Positions 48,962-61,283 of a stretch of DNA of 64,000 nt are shown in pieces. The DNA is from a virus (lineage: Duplodnaviria > Caudoviricetes): the IMG/VR virus record IMGVR_UViG_3300028805_000089, positions 1 to 64,000 of that record. One strand, written 5' to 3'. The notes beneath the pieces are model-generated. The model did not search any database. It was not told the DNA's origin and saw nothing but the letters and a program-made list of their open reading frames with translations. The position numbers and the translations under genes are program-made. Numbering within the stretch: position 1 is the stretch's first letter; each line of letters opens with the position of its first letter.

Positions 48962-51900
48962 TTACCTGTTTCTGTACAGCCTGTGCCTGCCCAGAATGTC
49001 CGTCATCGTTTTCGCGTCGCTTCCGTCAATCGTGATGCCGTCCACGATAATCGTCGTGCTTTGGTCCACGCTTGAATAGCTTCCGTACTTGCCCTGCTCC
49101 GGCGAATACTTGCCGATGTCGCCCACCGTAATGGCGTCCCACGTCGGGGCCAGCGCGTACAGCGCGTCAAGCAGTTTCACGGTCCCTTCCATCTGCGCAA
49201 CGTAATTCTCTCCGGCACCCATCATTTTCTGAAGCGCGTCCGTCAGGCTTTCCAGCGGCACCTCCACAGCGTCCACCAGTCTCTGGTAATACTTGTCGAG
49301 GTCGTCGTAGGTCTGCTGCAGCTTGTCCAGCGCATCCTGCAATGGGTCGATGCTCTCTCCGTACTCGTACTCAATTTTCGTCCTCTCATGCTCAAGGTCT
49401 TCCTGCTTGCGTTCGATTACTTCCTCCTGATCCTCAAGCGCTTCGATTTGTTCCTTGTACTGGTCTTCGATGGCATCCCGTTCCCGCTTCAGCGTCGTGA
49501 TTTCAAAGTCGGCCAGCGCGTCAGCATACGCCTCCTCGGCCTCCTTAATCGCCTTCGCGTCGGCCATCCATTCCCATTGCCCGGTTTCTTCATTAAAGTA
49601 CCTTATCGTCCTCTGGTGCCTTGCGTCCTCCAGCGCCTGCCGTTTTTCCTCAAGGTCGATGTTTTCCTTGTTGATGTCCCGCTCTTTTTCAAGCCGCTCT
49701 ATTTCCTTGTTCAGCGGTTTGATGGCGTCGTCCCTCGCCCTTTCAAGCAGCGTCACTTCATACTGCAGCATCGACAGGCTGTAGTCCAAATCCTCCAGTT
49801 CCTCTTCGATGGGCTTGAGCAATTCATCCCTTGCCCGTTCGATGGCCGTGATATCATCCTGATAACTATCGATCTGGTACTGGATTTTCTTCAGCCCATA
49901 ATCGATATACTTCCGAATGATATCCCAGAAATCTTCCTGTTCTCCTTCGTCGCTGCTCTGGGTTTGGGAACCCTGGCTCTGTTCCCATTCCTCGCGTTCG
50001 CTCTTTTTTTCTTCTTCGTCCTTCTTTTTATCCGGAGGAGGGGTCACGGTCAACTTCGTGGAATCTCCGAACATTTTGCCGAAGAATCCTCCCACAAGGT
50101 CCATGAAGTTATTCCCGCCGTTTGTTCCGTCGGCATAAGCGGGGATGCTCATCTTTCCGCCAAGCAGCGACGCCGTTTCCTTCGCGGTATAGATCGTCGC
50201 GCCTTTCGGGATCTTTGCGATAGTCGGGAATCCGTTTGCGTAAATCTACGCCAGCCCATTCCCGGCAACCAACTCCGGCCCTTCCTCGTTGATCAGGGCA
50301 TATCCGCCTTTGAAGTCGGAAGCGCCGTTTGCCGCCTTTGGTAGGTTGAACAAGTCTTTGAGTCCTTCAAGAACGCCGCCTGACGGCGATTTTGTATTCG
50401 TCGTTACGGTTATCGTCTTGTTCTTGATTCCCTCCAGCGTGGTTTTCAGGCGGTTCAGTTTGCTCTGGCTGTCAGAAACGTTTGCGTTAACGCTGAAACT
50501 GATTGTCCTTTCGATAAATTCCTGAAGTTCTTCAATGGACTCAAGTTCTGTATAAGCGTTTCCTTCAGCGTCAATGGTCAGCGTGGTATGTTTTCCGTTC
50601 CCTTGCGTATCGCCAAAGAATTCGTCGATGATTTGCGTCCCGTCGCCCTCAGTTACAATCTTGACCCTGTGAACGGTACCGGCAGCTTCATCGATTTCCG
50701 TAATAATGTCCATAACGGCGTCGCTGTCTTCCACCTGGAATTGCGCGGTGTATACCATCGTGCCGTCTTCAGTCATAAACGAATCTTCGCTGAGTTTGAT
50801 TCCGGCGACCGGAAGTTCAGCTGGATTTTGCCCAAGATTAGCCTGCACAACAGAGGAAGCTTCTTCTGCGGCACTCTTTGCAGAAGACTCATCGGCTGTC
50901 ACTTTCAGTTCTATCCCGGCATACATATCTTTAAGCGATCTGCCCTTCGTGGGATCAGGAGAACCGGTGTTCAGCGGACTTGAGGGATTTAATATCGGAC
51001 TTAAAGCAAATAGCGACCCGGTGAATGGGTCATCATCAAAAACGGCGCTCAAATGATAATGATAAGATTCGTCTGTAGTATTGATGCTGTCGGCAATCAG
51101 TTTTTGTGCCGCCGCGACGCCCGCCTCGACGCCGTCAGTTGTTGCTTCCAGATCATAAGTGCCAAACTCGCCGCTGTTTACCGCTCCCGTGCTGGTCACT
51201 ACATTTTTTTCGACTTTATCAAGGGCTTCGACGGCACCGTCATCATTTCCCGTAACATTGATAACAGCCTTGTTGCTTGCGGCGTTGGCTTTTTCTTCTG
51301 CGGTTACGACGACCTGGTCGGCCTTATTATTAAATTTATCGAGATCGCCGTCATAATGGATCATCCGTACCGTTTGCGTCGGCCCGTTTGCGGTTTCTTC
51401 AAGTATAACGATCATAGCGTTCAGCATATCGCCGTTCGCGCTGTATTCAATCTCCCTTACACCTAAAACAGAATTGGCGTTTGCGTCCGTGATCGAAAGA
51501 TTTGCCACCTGACCGTTTGTCTTGTAATAAATATCGCGAATGCGTCCGGCTTGATTGGCAATAAATTCCACGTCCTGAATATTATCGATCTGTCCGTCCG
51601 TCGTGAATGTAACATGTCTGTCTTTTGTCAATGTGTCCATGTTCCATTCAAACACGTCCGCGTCTCTTAACGTGCCGTCCGTATAAAAGCCGACTTTCCG
51701 TTGCGTTATATTCGCCAGCGTTGTATCTATGACGTCGATATTGTTGACTTTGCCGGTAGAGTCAAACTGTATTGTTCTGGTCTCGGCGGCGGCTTCGGCA
51801 CCGGCAAGTATTTTGTCGATTGTCATTTGCGCTGTGCCGTCCTGATCGACTTCAAAACTGATTTTGTATGTCGTGCCGTCGTTTTCAAATATGTTTAATC

Positions 51901-54900
51901 CATTCGGCGTCTATGCGGCTGTCGCCATTCCGCTGTTGTTGATAAGCTTTCTGAGATACTCCCAATCCGCGTCGTTTCCGGATGCGTCTTTGATTGCCGT
52001 GATTTTACCTTCGACCATTTCAAGGGAACCGCCTGCGGCCTCGGCGGCCGCCTGCATTCTCGCAAGCATTTTGTCGGCTCCCTCGGCATTCCCGTTCAGA
52101 CGCATCTGGTCAAGATACGCGTTCATGGACGCGACCTGCTCGGTCACGTTTTCATATCCGCTTACGTCAACGGGCAGTCCAAGCGCTTCCGGTGTACTTT
52201 CGGCGGCGATCTGCGCGGCGTTTGAGAGTTCTTCCCGGACGGTCTGCGCGTCTTCCGCAGCATGCTCCGTGGCGTCTTCCATTTTTTCGGTGTAATCGGC
52301 GTAATTTTGCCATCCGCCCTCAACGTCAGGAACACCTTGTATCTCGACTTCGCCGATTTCGTTCAGCAGATAAAGCCATTCCTTCATCTGCATCCACTCG
52401 GATGAACCCATTCCGGAATTCTCGGCGAACGCAAGCAGCTTGTCATAATCTATTGTCAGCAGACCTTCTTCTGTTTCAGCCGCAAACCCGGCTGCCTTGC
52501 CCATTTCCTTCAGTTGTGCCGTGAAATTTTTTACGTCCGATTCAAGGTCGCCGTATACGCCCAGGGCCTTGATGGCATCCCATGTCTGATCGATACTGAG
52601 ATGAGTCGCCTCGGCAAGCCCCTGCAAATCAGAAACGGTAAACTCTATTTGCCCGTTTACTTCTTTGTAGGACGCGACGACTTTGTCATTCAGCTTGATC
52701 TCGCCCGTCTTCTTGTCGGCGATTTTTGCAAGCACGGCAAGGAATCCCTCGCCGTAAGTCTTTTCCGCGTCGCCGTACATTGTTTTGTACGGTCCGTTTG
52801 CCATGAACGCGTTGACGCCCTTATAACCTTTTTCGCGGTACAGCGTATCGAAATCCGTCCCGCTCCCGGCCATCAAATATCGCGCCGCAGCCATTGCTTT
52901 CTGGCTGTTCACGCGTCCCGCCTCGATCTCCTCGGCGTATGTCGCGTATGCGCTCTGGTAATCCGCGAATCCTTTATTTTCCGCGTCGCGTTCCATTGCG
53001 GCGTCAAAGGCCGTCTTGGCTTTTGTCGCGGCGCTTAATGCGGCTGTAAGTTTGTTTACGCTTGCGGCTGCTTTATCGGTACTATTTGCCATTCCGGCGG
53101 CACCATCGAATTCGGTAATCCTTAACCATTCTTTATATACTTGCGGATACCTCTACGCAAATAATTCGAGAAACGCTGTTCTTATATATTTGGCATAACC
53201 CGGATAATTGTTTTCGTCAATTGTATTGAATAGCGTTTCCATTTCTCTTGCATATTCGCGCAGCGTATCTATATCTACATCTCCACCGGAATTAATAATG
53301 CCTTGTAAATTCTCCAGTTTAACCCAGTTTGGATTATCTATCTACATTAGGGAATTTGCCGCCGAATCAACATAGGCGTTTAATGCTGTTGACGCTCTTT
53401 CGTATGCGTCACTCGCGTCATCTAAATACTCAACGATTCGTGAGTAGCTTGGAACATCTGTCGCCTTAATATGATTGTCTAAGGCGTATTGCTCTATTTT
53501 AGCTTTTAAAAGCTTTACAGATTCGTACTGCTCATAAAGTTCTTTTGCATCAAGTCTCCAATAATCAGTTAACCACGCGGTATAAGATGGTTGATTCGTT
53601 CCCTATGGTGTAATAATATTGGCAATTTCTTCTCTGAAACCATCGAAAAGCTCTTTTAATTCATCTGTGTCGCCAAAGAAAAAACGATATGTCTTTGGCG
53701 TAAGTGGAACAGACATAACAGAAGTGCGGTTAAATTCATCAAGAGCGCCCTTGGCCGCCGCTTCGGCTGCCTTTATTTGCTCTTTTGTCATTTGACGAAT
53801 TTCGTCTCCCGCAGCTATCGCTTGATCTCTCGTTAGGCCAAGTGCGTCCGCCAATGCATAAAGTGCGGTGGTATACTCTTCCGTTCCTTCTTTGGCGGTT
53901 AAAAAATTGGCGTAAAGAGTCATTGTTTCAGTACTGTTTTGATTTGCTTTTTGTCCTGCTGCTACGGCGGCTTTTGCCTGTTTTTCAACATTCGCATTGT
54001 AATCCTGCAAAAGTTTATTTGCAACGCTTATTGCAACACCAGCAGCGGTCACAGCAAGTCCAAACCCTCGAATGTTTCCTGTCATGCCGGTGACCCAATT
54101 TGTATCTCTTCCGGTAAATCCAGCCCATAACGTTGCAATTCTTTGTGCTTTCAATGCCGTTACCAATCCAAGTACGATGGTTAGTGCATTTGCTAAATTG
54201 CCGACAGCTTGAACTGTGCCGTTTAACAAATCGAGAACGCCCTTGATCATTCCGGTAGAAACCGTATTATTGACCAGCGCGACCCAGCTTGCCTTCAATC
54301 GTTCCGTCTTGACGGTGATGGAATCCAAAGAGTTTTGTACCTCCCGGTCGATACTCCCGCTGGCACCTTCGTAGGTCTTCAGCATGCTCTCGTACATGTC
54401 CCAGTTCTTGATGAGTACCATCAACTGGTTTGTGCGCAGCTTGCCGCCGATATCGCTGACCATGCTGAACAGTTTCGCCTCGGTCAGGATGCCCTGCTGA
54501 TAGGATTTTGCCAACGCCCCGATGGCCTCCATCGGGTCGATCAGCGTTCCGGTCGCTTCGGCGGCGCGTACCACTTCGGGCGCGTACAGTTCCAGCACCT
54601 GGCGAAGTCCTTCTATTTCGCCTGCCGTCCATTTCGCGCCGTCCTCGATCTCCGTGGTCGTGTCGCCCATGATGTTCAGGAAAATTGCGCGGAGGGCGGT
54701 CGCCGCTTCGGTGCCGCTCCTCTGCGTAACGGCGGTAACGGTGCCAAGGGCGGCGGTCAGTTCGTTGATGCCTACGTGCGCGGTGGAAGCGATGGTCGCC
54801 AGTTTACCGATACCGGCGCTGATCTCTGCCACGTTCGTGGCGTATTCGTTGCCGATCTGGTTCGCGCCGTCCATCGCGGCGGTCAGGGCCTGGATGTTGC

Positions 54901-55423
54901 CGTTCAGCCCGTAAGCCTTGTCGATGGCCAGGATGTACTGGTTCGCAACGTCTGCGCTCACGTCGCCTGCCCTTTGCAGTTTAACGCTCAGTTCCGCAAG
55001 CCCCTCTGCCTGGTCCTTGTAACCTGCGCGTGTAAAGTCGGCCACGCCTGAAAGGTACTTGGACGCAGCTACGCCGTATGCCTGCGCCACCTTCATAGCG
55101 TTCTGCGTCATTCCGGCAAGTTCTTCGTTTGTCTTTCCGGTCACACGGCGTACCACGACCAGTTCGTCGTCGATGGCCTTGATTTCCTGATACGCGCTTT
55201 TCAGATTATTTGTAAACGTCTTCCACAATTTCGTGCCAAGGCTGTTCAGCATGTTTTCGTACAGTCTCGTGGTATAACCCACCATCTGGTTAGCCGCTTG
55301 CCCCATTCGTCCGCCCAGATTGATATTCGCCTGCTGCTGCAGCTGATTTAACTGCTGCTGAAGCCCGGCGACGACCGCCGACATATTGTCTACTGCGTTA
55401 ATATTTACGGTTACGGTTGCCAT
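48962..55423 (-). CDS. Tape measure protein (2153 aa), five in-frame TAGs (53603, 53342, 53153, 51911, 50246)
   Basis: TP901-type core (IDDELVVVRRVTG..GNEYAT..LRAIF); EEGPELV..*..IPKGATIY; four track ORFs in one frame, gaps read manually and free of TAA/TGA. Confidence 0.9.
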
Positions 55424-55554
55424 TTATTTCCCTCCCCGGATAATTCCTGAACTCACCTATTCAAAAATCGCCCTTGGAAGGGCTTTTCGTCTGCCGTCAC
55501 AAAATCCCTCGAACAGGGGACGGTTCTGTGTTTGCCGTTTATTTTTCCTGCACG

Positions 55555-56049
55555 TCACACGCCGGACAAATCCGCGTCGTTCACCACATGCGCCAGCGCG
55601 TTGTCAACAACGCCGCCGTCATTGCATCCTTCCTGTACGCCTATCTCCATATACGGCCTCGGCCCAGGCCAGTCCGGATCATGCCATCTTCGTCCGTTCG
55701 CGCCGGCTTCAATAATGTCGCTCAAATAAAACACAGGGTCAGGCGGCGGATTGATCATTCCGTTGTCCCCGGCAGGGGTGCGGTCTTCAATATCGATCCT
55801 CGCGCCCAGCATAGACCGAAGCGTTGTAGTCAACCAGTTGTCTTCATCCGCAAGACCGCCGCCTTCCATGCGCCGTGTATACACAGTACCGGCATACCCG
55901 TTGTAAACATGGTTGTGTACGGCCAATCGAAGCGCTTCCTTGCATGCGTCGTTCAGTTCGCCGCCCTCGCCGGATTGTCGTAGTATCACTTGCCTTATCT
56001 GCCGTATCGCCCGCGTTTGTATATTCTGCATCTCATTCCCGGCAATCAT
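55555..56049 (-). CDS. Hypothetical tail-associated protein
   Basis: AGGAGG RBS; PRPYME motif like neck/tail components. Confidence 0.6.
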   Translation of the reverse strand: MIAGNEMQNIQTRAIRQIRQVILRQSGEGGELNDACKEALRLAVHNHVYNGYAGTVYTRRMEGGGLADEDNWLTTTLRSMLGARIDIEDRTPAGDNGMINPPPDPVFYLSDIIEAGANGRRWHDPDWPGPRPYMEIGVQEGCNDGGVVDNALAHVVNDADLSGV

Positions 56050-56203
56050 CCCGCATCCTCCTTTCTCCGTGGTACAATATTCAATCCCCGCGTCGCGGAA
56101 CCTGAATGCTGTATCACAAAACACAGGGGACGGTTCTTTGTGTTTGCAACGGGGGAGGGCTTTTACGCCCTCCCCCTCGTATCGTTTGTGCTATTCTTTT
56201 TTA

Positions 56204-57274
56204 TCAGGCGGTAACGACCACGTTGGCCACAACACTCAGGTCGCCGTTTTCCACGGTGATCTCCGTGTTACCGGCGGCCGCGCCGGTCAGCACGCCCTTG
56301 TCGGAAACGGTCGCCTTGGAAGTGTCGGTCACGGTGTAGGTCAGGTCGCTGTAGTCCGGCTGCACCAGGCTGTCGTCGGCCATGACGTACTTCACGGGGA
56401 CCTGCACGGACTGCGAGGCGGCAACGGTCACGACGCCGCCGACGATGGCCATGCCCTTCACGTCCACCAGAGCGCCGCCCACGGGCATATCCACCATGTA
56501 AGCAAGGGCAAAGGACGCTTCGTCCACGCAGATGCCCTCGGCGGCAGCCTCTTCATAAGGCAGAGCGGAACCGGACAGGGTGTCAACATCAGCGTCGGTC
56601 TGGTCGCCCTTCACAGGCGCTTCGCCCTTGAACTGCATCCTCGGAATCCAGATGTAGCGGTCGCCCCACTTGGTGCCCTTGGTGCTGCCCTGGCCCTGAG
56701 TGGTGTACAGCGGCATACGGATCATGCAGATTTCGATGTTGGGTTCAAACACGCTGTCAACGCGCAGCTGATGGGCACTGGCGGCGCGGACGAAGTACCG
56801 CACGCAGTAGGTCTCGCCGACCACGGGAACGAAGTCCTACACGGCCTTGGTAGTGGGATCGATTTCGAAAGCGACGCCGCTCTTGTCCACGAAACCGTAA
56901 ATCTTGTCGGTTCCGTAGGGAGCCACGGGGGTCTGACTCACGATCAGCGCGGTCGCGCCGGAAGCGACGGTAATGGTCTCCAGTACGGGGATGATTCCGT
57001 TGTAGCTGAGTTCGCCGCCGACGGACAAGGCACGGCTCTCCAGGGTGGAGGTCGCGGCGGTGATTTCCAGTTCCAGCTTGGCGCTGTCAGGCAGGTTCAA
57101 CAGGACGGGGTTCCGCAGGGAGCCGTTGATCTCGCCCATGTTGGTGCTGGTTGTCAGACTGTTGGTCTGGATTTTGTTGGAATAGAAATCCAGGTTGAAA
57201 GTGGACGGGTTGAAAAGCCAAACGTCCATAGTGCCTTTCGCATAAATGGGAGTACTGTTGGTTGCGTAAGCCAT
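56204..57274 (-). CDS. Major tail protein paralog 1 with an Ig-like C-terminus, one in-frame TAG (56837)
   Basis: Track ORFs join at KAV*DFVPVVGETY; collinear with paralog 2. Confidence 0.75.
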
Positions 57275-57291
57275 AATCTTACATCTCCTCT

Positions 57292-58383
57292 TTAATCATT
57301 TGTAACATAAACAACAAGCGGCGCGAAATACGTTTCACCGTTCACGGTAATTCGCGCATCAACGTGTCCCATACCGGGACCTACGGCCATGAATATGCCG
57401 CTTTTTTCAAGCTGTCTTCCGGACGTCACAACAGTAGTCGGCCCGATATCGTACCTAAACAAACTGTAATCCGGTTGGGCCAGCGTTCCGTCCTTCATTA
57501 CATATTTAAGCGGAACGGTTGCAGACTGGCCGACTTTCATTTCCATATATCCGCCAACCATTACGATGCCTTCAAAATCGGCCCACGGTCCGGCTGCAGG
57601 CATGTCTACCATATACGCCAGCGCGAAGGACGCTTCGTCCACGCATACACCTTCGGCAGCCGCTTCCTCATAGGGAAGGGCGCTTCCGGACAGCGTGTCC
57701 ACATCGGCGTCGGTCTGGTCGCCTTTCACGGGCGCTTCACCCTTGAACTGCATCCGGGGAATCCAGATATACCGGTCTCCCCATTTCGTACCCTGTGTGC
57801 TTCCCTGTCCCTGGGTCGTATACAGCGGCATCCTTATCATGCATATCTCAATATTCGGCTCAAACACCGAATCGATACGCAATTGATGTGCGCTTGCGGC
57901 CTTCACAAAGTACCGCACACAATAAGTTTCACCGGCAGTCGCGGCGAAGTTTTTCACCTTCCGTGTGTCCGCGTCGATCTCGTAGGCGATGCCGCTCTTG
58001 TCCACAAATCCGTACACCGTGTCCGTGCCATAAGGCGCGACAGGGGTCTGACTTACGGTCAAATCAGCGCCGGACGCCGTAACGGTTTCCAGCACGGGAA
58101 TAATCCCGTTATACGTCAGTTCTCCGCCCACGCTCAATGCGCGGCTCTCAAGCGTCGATGTGGCTGCGGTAATCTCCAGTTCCAGTTTCGCGCTGTCCGG
58201 AAGGTTCAGCAGAACAGGGTTTCTCAGCTAACCGTTGATCTCTCCCATATTGGTCGAGGTCGTCAGGCTGTTCGTCTGCACCTTGTTGCTGTAAAAGTCA
58301 AGGTTGAACGTGGCCGGGTTAAACAGCCACACGTCCATCGTTCCCTTGGCATAAACAGGCGGGCTGTTTGTCGCGTAAGCCAT
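57292..58383 (-). CDS. Major tail protein paralog 2, one in-frame TAG (58228)
   Basis: MAYATNSPPVYAKGTMDVWLF..EING*LRNP; AAGGAG RBS. Confidence 0.75.
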
Positions 58384-58425
58384 GTTTATCTCCTTCTCTC
58401 ATAACACAGGGGACGGTTCTCTGTG

Positions 58426-59235
58426 TCAGCTTCCGGGCGGCATAAACTGTCCCATTCCGGCGGGCGCTCCGCTCTTTATCGTGTCGCCCATCTCCTTCTG
58501 CCACTTGTCCAGCCGCACCAGCCCGTGGTCCGGGTCGATGCGGTCGAACATCCAGTTCGGCGCGGGATTGCCTTTGCTGAACTTCGCTCCGTTTCCCTCT
58601 GCGATTGCGCAGATAACGTACATCAATCTCCGGTTGTGCGCGTGTTTCAGCCGCGTATACTCAAGGATGCTCATCTCTCTTATGTCGTTCATCCTCAGTC
58701 CGCTCACGGCAGCCACGCTTGCCATCTCGTCGTACAGATTGATGTCTAAGTTATTTTTTTGCCCCAGGCTTTTCAGGTCTTCCTCCGCCTGAATAATCTC
58801 CGCGTTATCGCTTTCGTCAGGCAGATCGACCCCGTTCATTTCAGCGATAGCCCTTCTTACGGCATCCAGTTGATACGGCATCAGCACGGCACGGTTTTCC
58901 CCGTACTGGACGATCACGCTTTTCAGCCCGTCCTGTGTGCCTACCTCCCGTATGCAGTTGGATATATCCTCTTCCGGAAGGCCCATGCTCAAGCCCATCA
59001 ACAGCTTGAACATCATATACCTTGTATCGCCTTTGTCCCGGAGCAATGTATATAACGCGTCGGCGTAGCATTTTACCGCATAGCGGGCAGGGAGCGTTGA
59101 CAGCCTTACCGTCAGCGCACCGCTAAACGTTATCCACGCCTGATACGCATTCATCGTCAGCGGGCTGAATGTCAGCCCGTACAATTCACGCGGGTCGCCC
59201 CACGCCTCGTTCATCCGGTCAAGCAGTTTTCCCAT
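58426..59235 (-). CDS. Tail assembly chaperone-like protein
   Basis: Next to the tail tube genes; MSILEY motif. Confidence 0.5.
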   Translation of the reverse strand: MGKLLDRMNEAWGDPRELYGLTFSPLTMNAYQAWITFSGALTVRLSTLPARYAVKCYADALYTLLRDKGDTRYMMFKLLMGLSMGLPEEDISNCIREVGTQDGLKSVIVQYGENRAVLMPYQLDAVRRAIAEMNGVDLPDESDNAEIIQAEEDLKSLGQKNNLDINLYDEMASVAAVSGLRMNDIREMSILEYTRLKHAHNRRLMYVICAIAEGNGAKFSKGNPAPNWMFDRIDPDHGLVRLDKWQKEMGDTIKSGAPAGMGQFMPPGS

Positions 59236-59266
59236 CGTTTATTCCTTCCTGCTCTTTTCGCCTGCG

Positions 59267-59611
59267 TCAGGCACCCTGCTGGTTGTTAAGCAGCGCCTGC
59301 CGCGCAACGTCTTTGAGGAACGTGTCGTACTTCTCCTGCGCGGCGACCGCAGTCGCCAGCGCGTCCTCCACGTCCCCGTTCAAGTGCTGTCCCGTCATGG
59401 ACTTGGCCATGATGGTCGTCAGTTTACACGTCGCATACTGAAATTCCGTGTTCAGTTTCTCCGCCTTTTCGCGGGCCTCGCTGATGGCCTGCATCCGTTC
59501 GATAAAGCGCTCCGTGTTTTTTCTTTCTTTATTGCCCTGATATGTTATCCACGCCACGATTATCGTGCAAAGCGGAGCGAACGCAATCCCGAAAATCTCA
59601 AGGAAGGTCAC
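59267..59611 (-). CDS. Membrane-anchored coiled-coil protein
   Basis: N-terminal TM helix; GHLNGDVE-like motif seen in phage holin-adjacent proteins. Confidence 0.65.
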   Translation of the reverse strand: MTFLEIFGIAFAPLCTIIVAWITYQGNKERKNTERFIERMQAISEAREKAEKLNTEFQYATCKLTTIMAKSMTGQHLNGDVEDALATAVAAQEKYDTFLKDVARQALLNNQQGA

Positions 59612-59796
59612 GTTCCGTCACCCCCCTTCCTCTCAAGATATTTCTCGCAGCTTTTATATCCAACGGTGATTTCATATGCCCTTCTGCTCGGACAGTATTG
59701 CTGTTTCAAACATATCTGCCCGTCCGCCTTGCATTGGAATATCCCGTTTACCTTGTCCATACGCACCGCATACGGGCATTGCCACGAAGTTCCCAT
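59608..59796 (-). CDS. Small Cys-rich protein
   Basis: Four Cys; coupled stop/start. Confidence 0.6.
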   Translation of the reverse strand: MGTSWQCPYAVRMDKVNGIFQCKADGQICLKQQYCPSRRAYEITVGYKSCEKYLERKGGDGT

Positions 59797-59811
59797 CGGT
59801 CATCCCTTCTC

Positions 59812-61170
59812 TCAATACCCGTACACGTTCACCGTCACGGTCTTTTCCATTCCGTGCGATGCAGCGCTTACGGTAATTTCACCCGGCAGGAATCCGGTAA
59901 CCGTTATCCGGTTCCCGTCCTGCTCCCATGACGCCGCGTTCATGTCCCATGTCCTCACGGTATATTCAACGGCTTCTTCGGTCTTCACGCCGCCGACAAA
60001 CCACGCGGCCTCCAGAGTAACACTCTGGTATTGTGCGCATTTCTCGGCCTTCTGCAGCCATTCAAGCCCTTCGATGATTTCCCCGTCCACCGTGATTGCG
60101 GCCTCGCAGGTTATCTTTTCGTTCTCCTCAAGTGTAGCGCGGATGACGCATTCGCCCTCGCCGACGGTCGTAATAACACCGTCTCCGTTTACCGTCGCCA
60201 CGTTCTCGTCCGTGCTTTCATACCGCCATGTCAGCGGATATTCTCCCAGCCGTTCCACTCCTCCGTCAGCGGTCGTTCCGTAGGTCACGCCGTCAATGAT
60301 GGATAGTATCTGGCCGTTTCGCACGGTCTCGATCCCGGTCTGATAAGTTTTGCCGGGAATCGCTTTTGCGGGAACGCCCGTAAACGAGGCGTGCATGTCA
60401 AAACTTTTTCCGTCGGCCACCCTGTTCTCCAGGTCGTCGCTTTCGATGGGTTCCTGGCTCTGCAAGTCGAAATACAGGATATGCGTGGAATCCGCGTTCC
60501 CTGTCTCGCTCTGCAAAAAGTCGATCAGGCCCCTCACCATATAAGCCATCGTCCCAAGGATCATCCGGCGGTTCGTCAGCAGGTCCTTCGTATCCTCGTT
60601 CAGCTGCATCACGCATTTCTGGTAAAGGTTCGGGGATACGATGTAGTCCATATATTCGTTTGCGCTGGCCTGGCTCTGGTTCTTCGCCCAGTAAAACGGC
60701 TCTTCCTTGATGTTGCCGTAAAAGTCCAGCCGCCGCCATGTCACGTTGCACCTTCTGCACACCGCAGTCGCCTGCGCTCCGTTCGCTTCGTCCGGGTTCT
60801 ACACGATGTATGTATCCCCGTTCACTTCGATCTTCGCGCCAAGCCCCACGGCGTTGATCTTTGAACTTTCAAACTTTATCTTTTTCCAGTCCTCAATGAT
60901 ATTGGTGGTCGTGCCGTGCCTTACCATGACCTACATACGAATCCGCGTCCTGAACCATTTATAAAAATCGTCCTCGTCGATACCCTGGACCCGCGCCATG
61001 TACATATCCTACGCGTATTTCAGATTCCTGTTGTTGTAATCCGATGTGTTCCGCGTGAACCCGTACTACCTCTGCAGCCCTTCGTTTTCGGAAGGGGATT
61101 TCACCCCGGCGCGTTTTCTGTACGGCACCATGCTCTTCGCGTTGCCTATCCTTTTCTCTATCCCTTCCAC
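59812..61170 (-). CDS. Structural protein with a C-terminal Ig-like domain, four in-frame TAGs (61066, 61009, 60931, 60799)
   Basis: AAGGAGGAG RBS and GTG 61170; frame open to TGA 59812 apart from the TAGs; STDENVATVNGDG Big_2 motif. Confidence 0.75.
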
Positions 61171-61283
61171 GCCGTCTCCTCCTTCCTTCTTTTTTAAACT
61201 CCGCTGTCATTATCGCGTTTCATTCAGGTTCCCCGCGCCCAAACTCTCGGACCATTCCAAAACTCCACTCTTCACTCTTAAAT

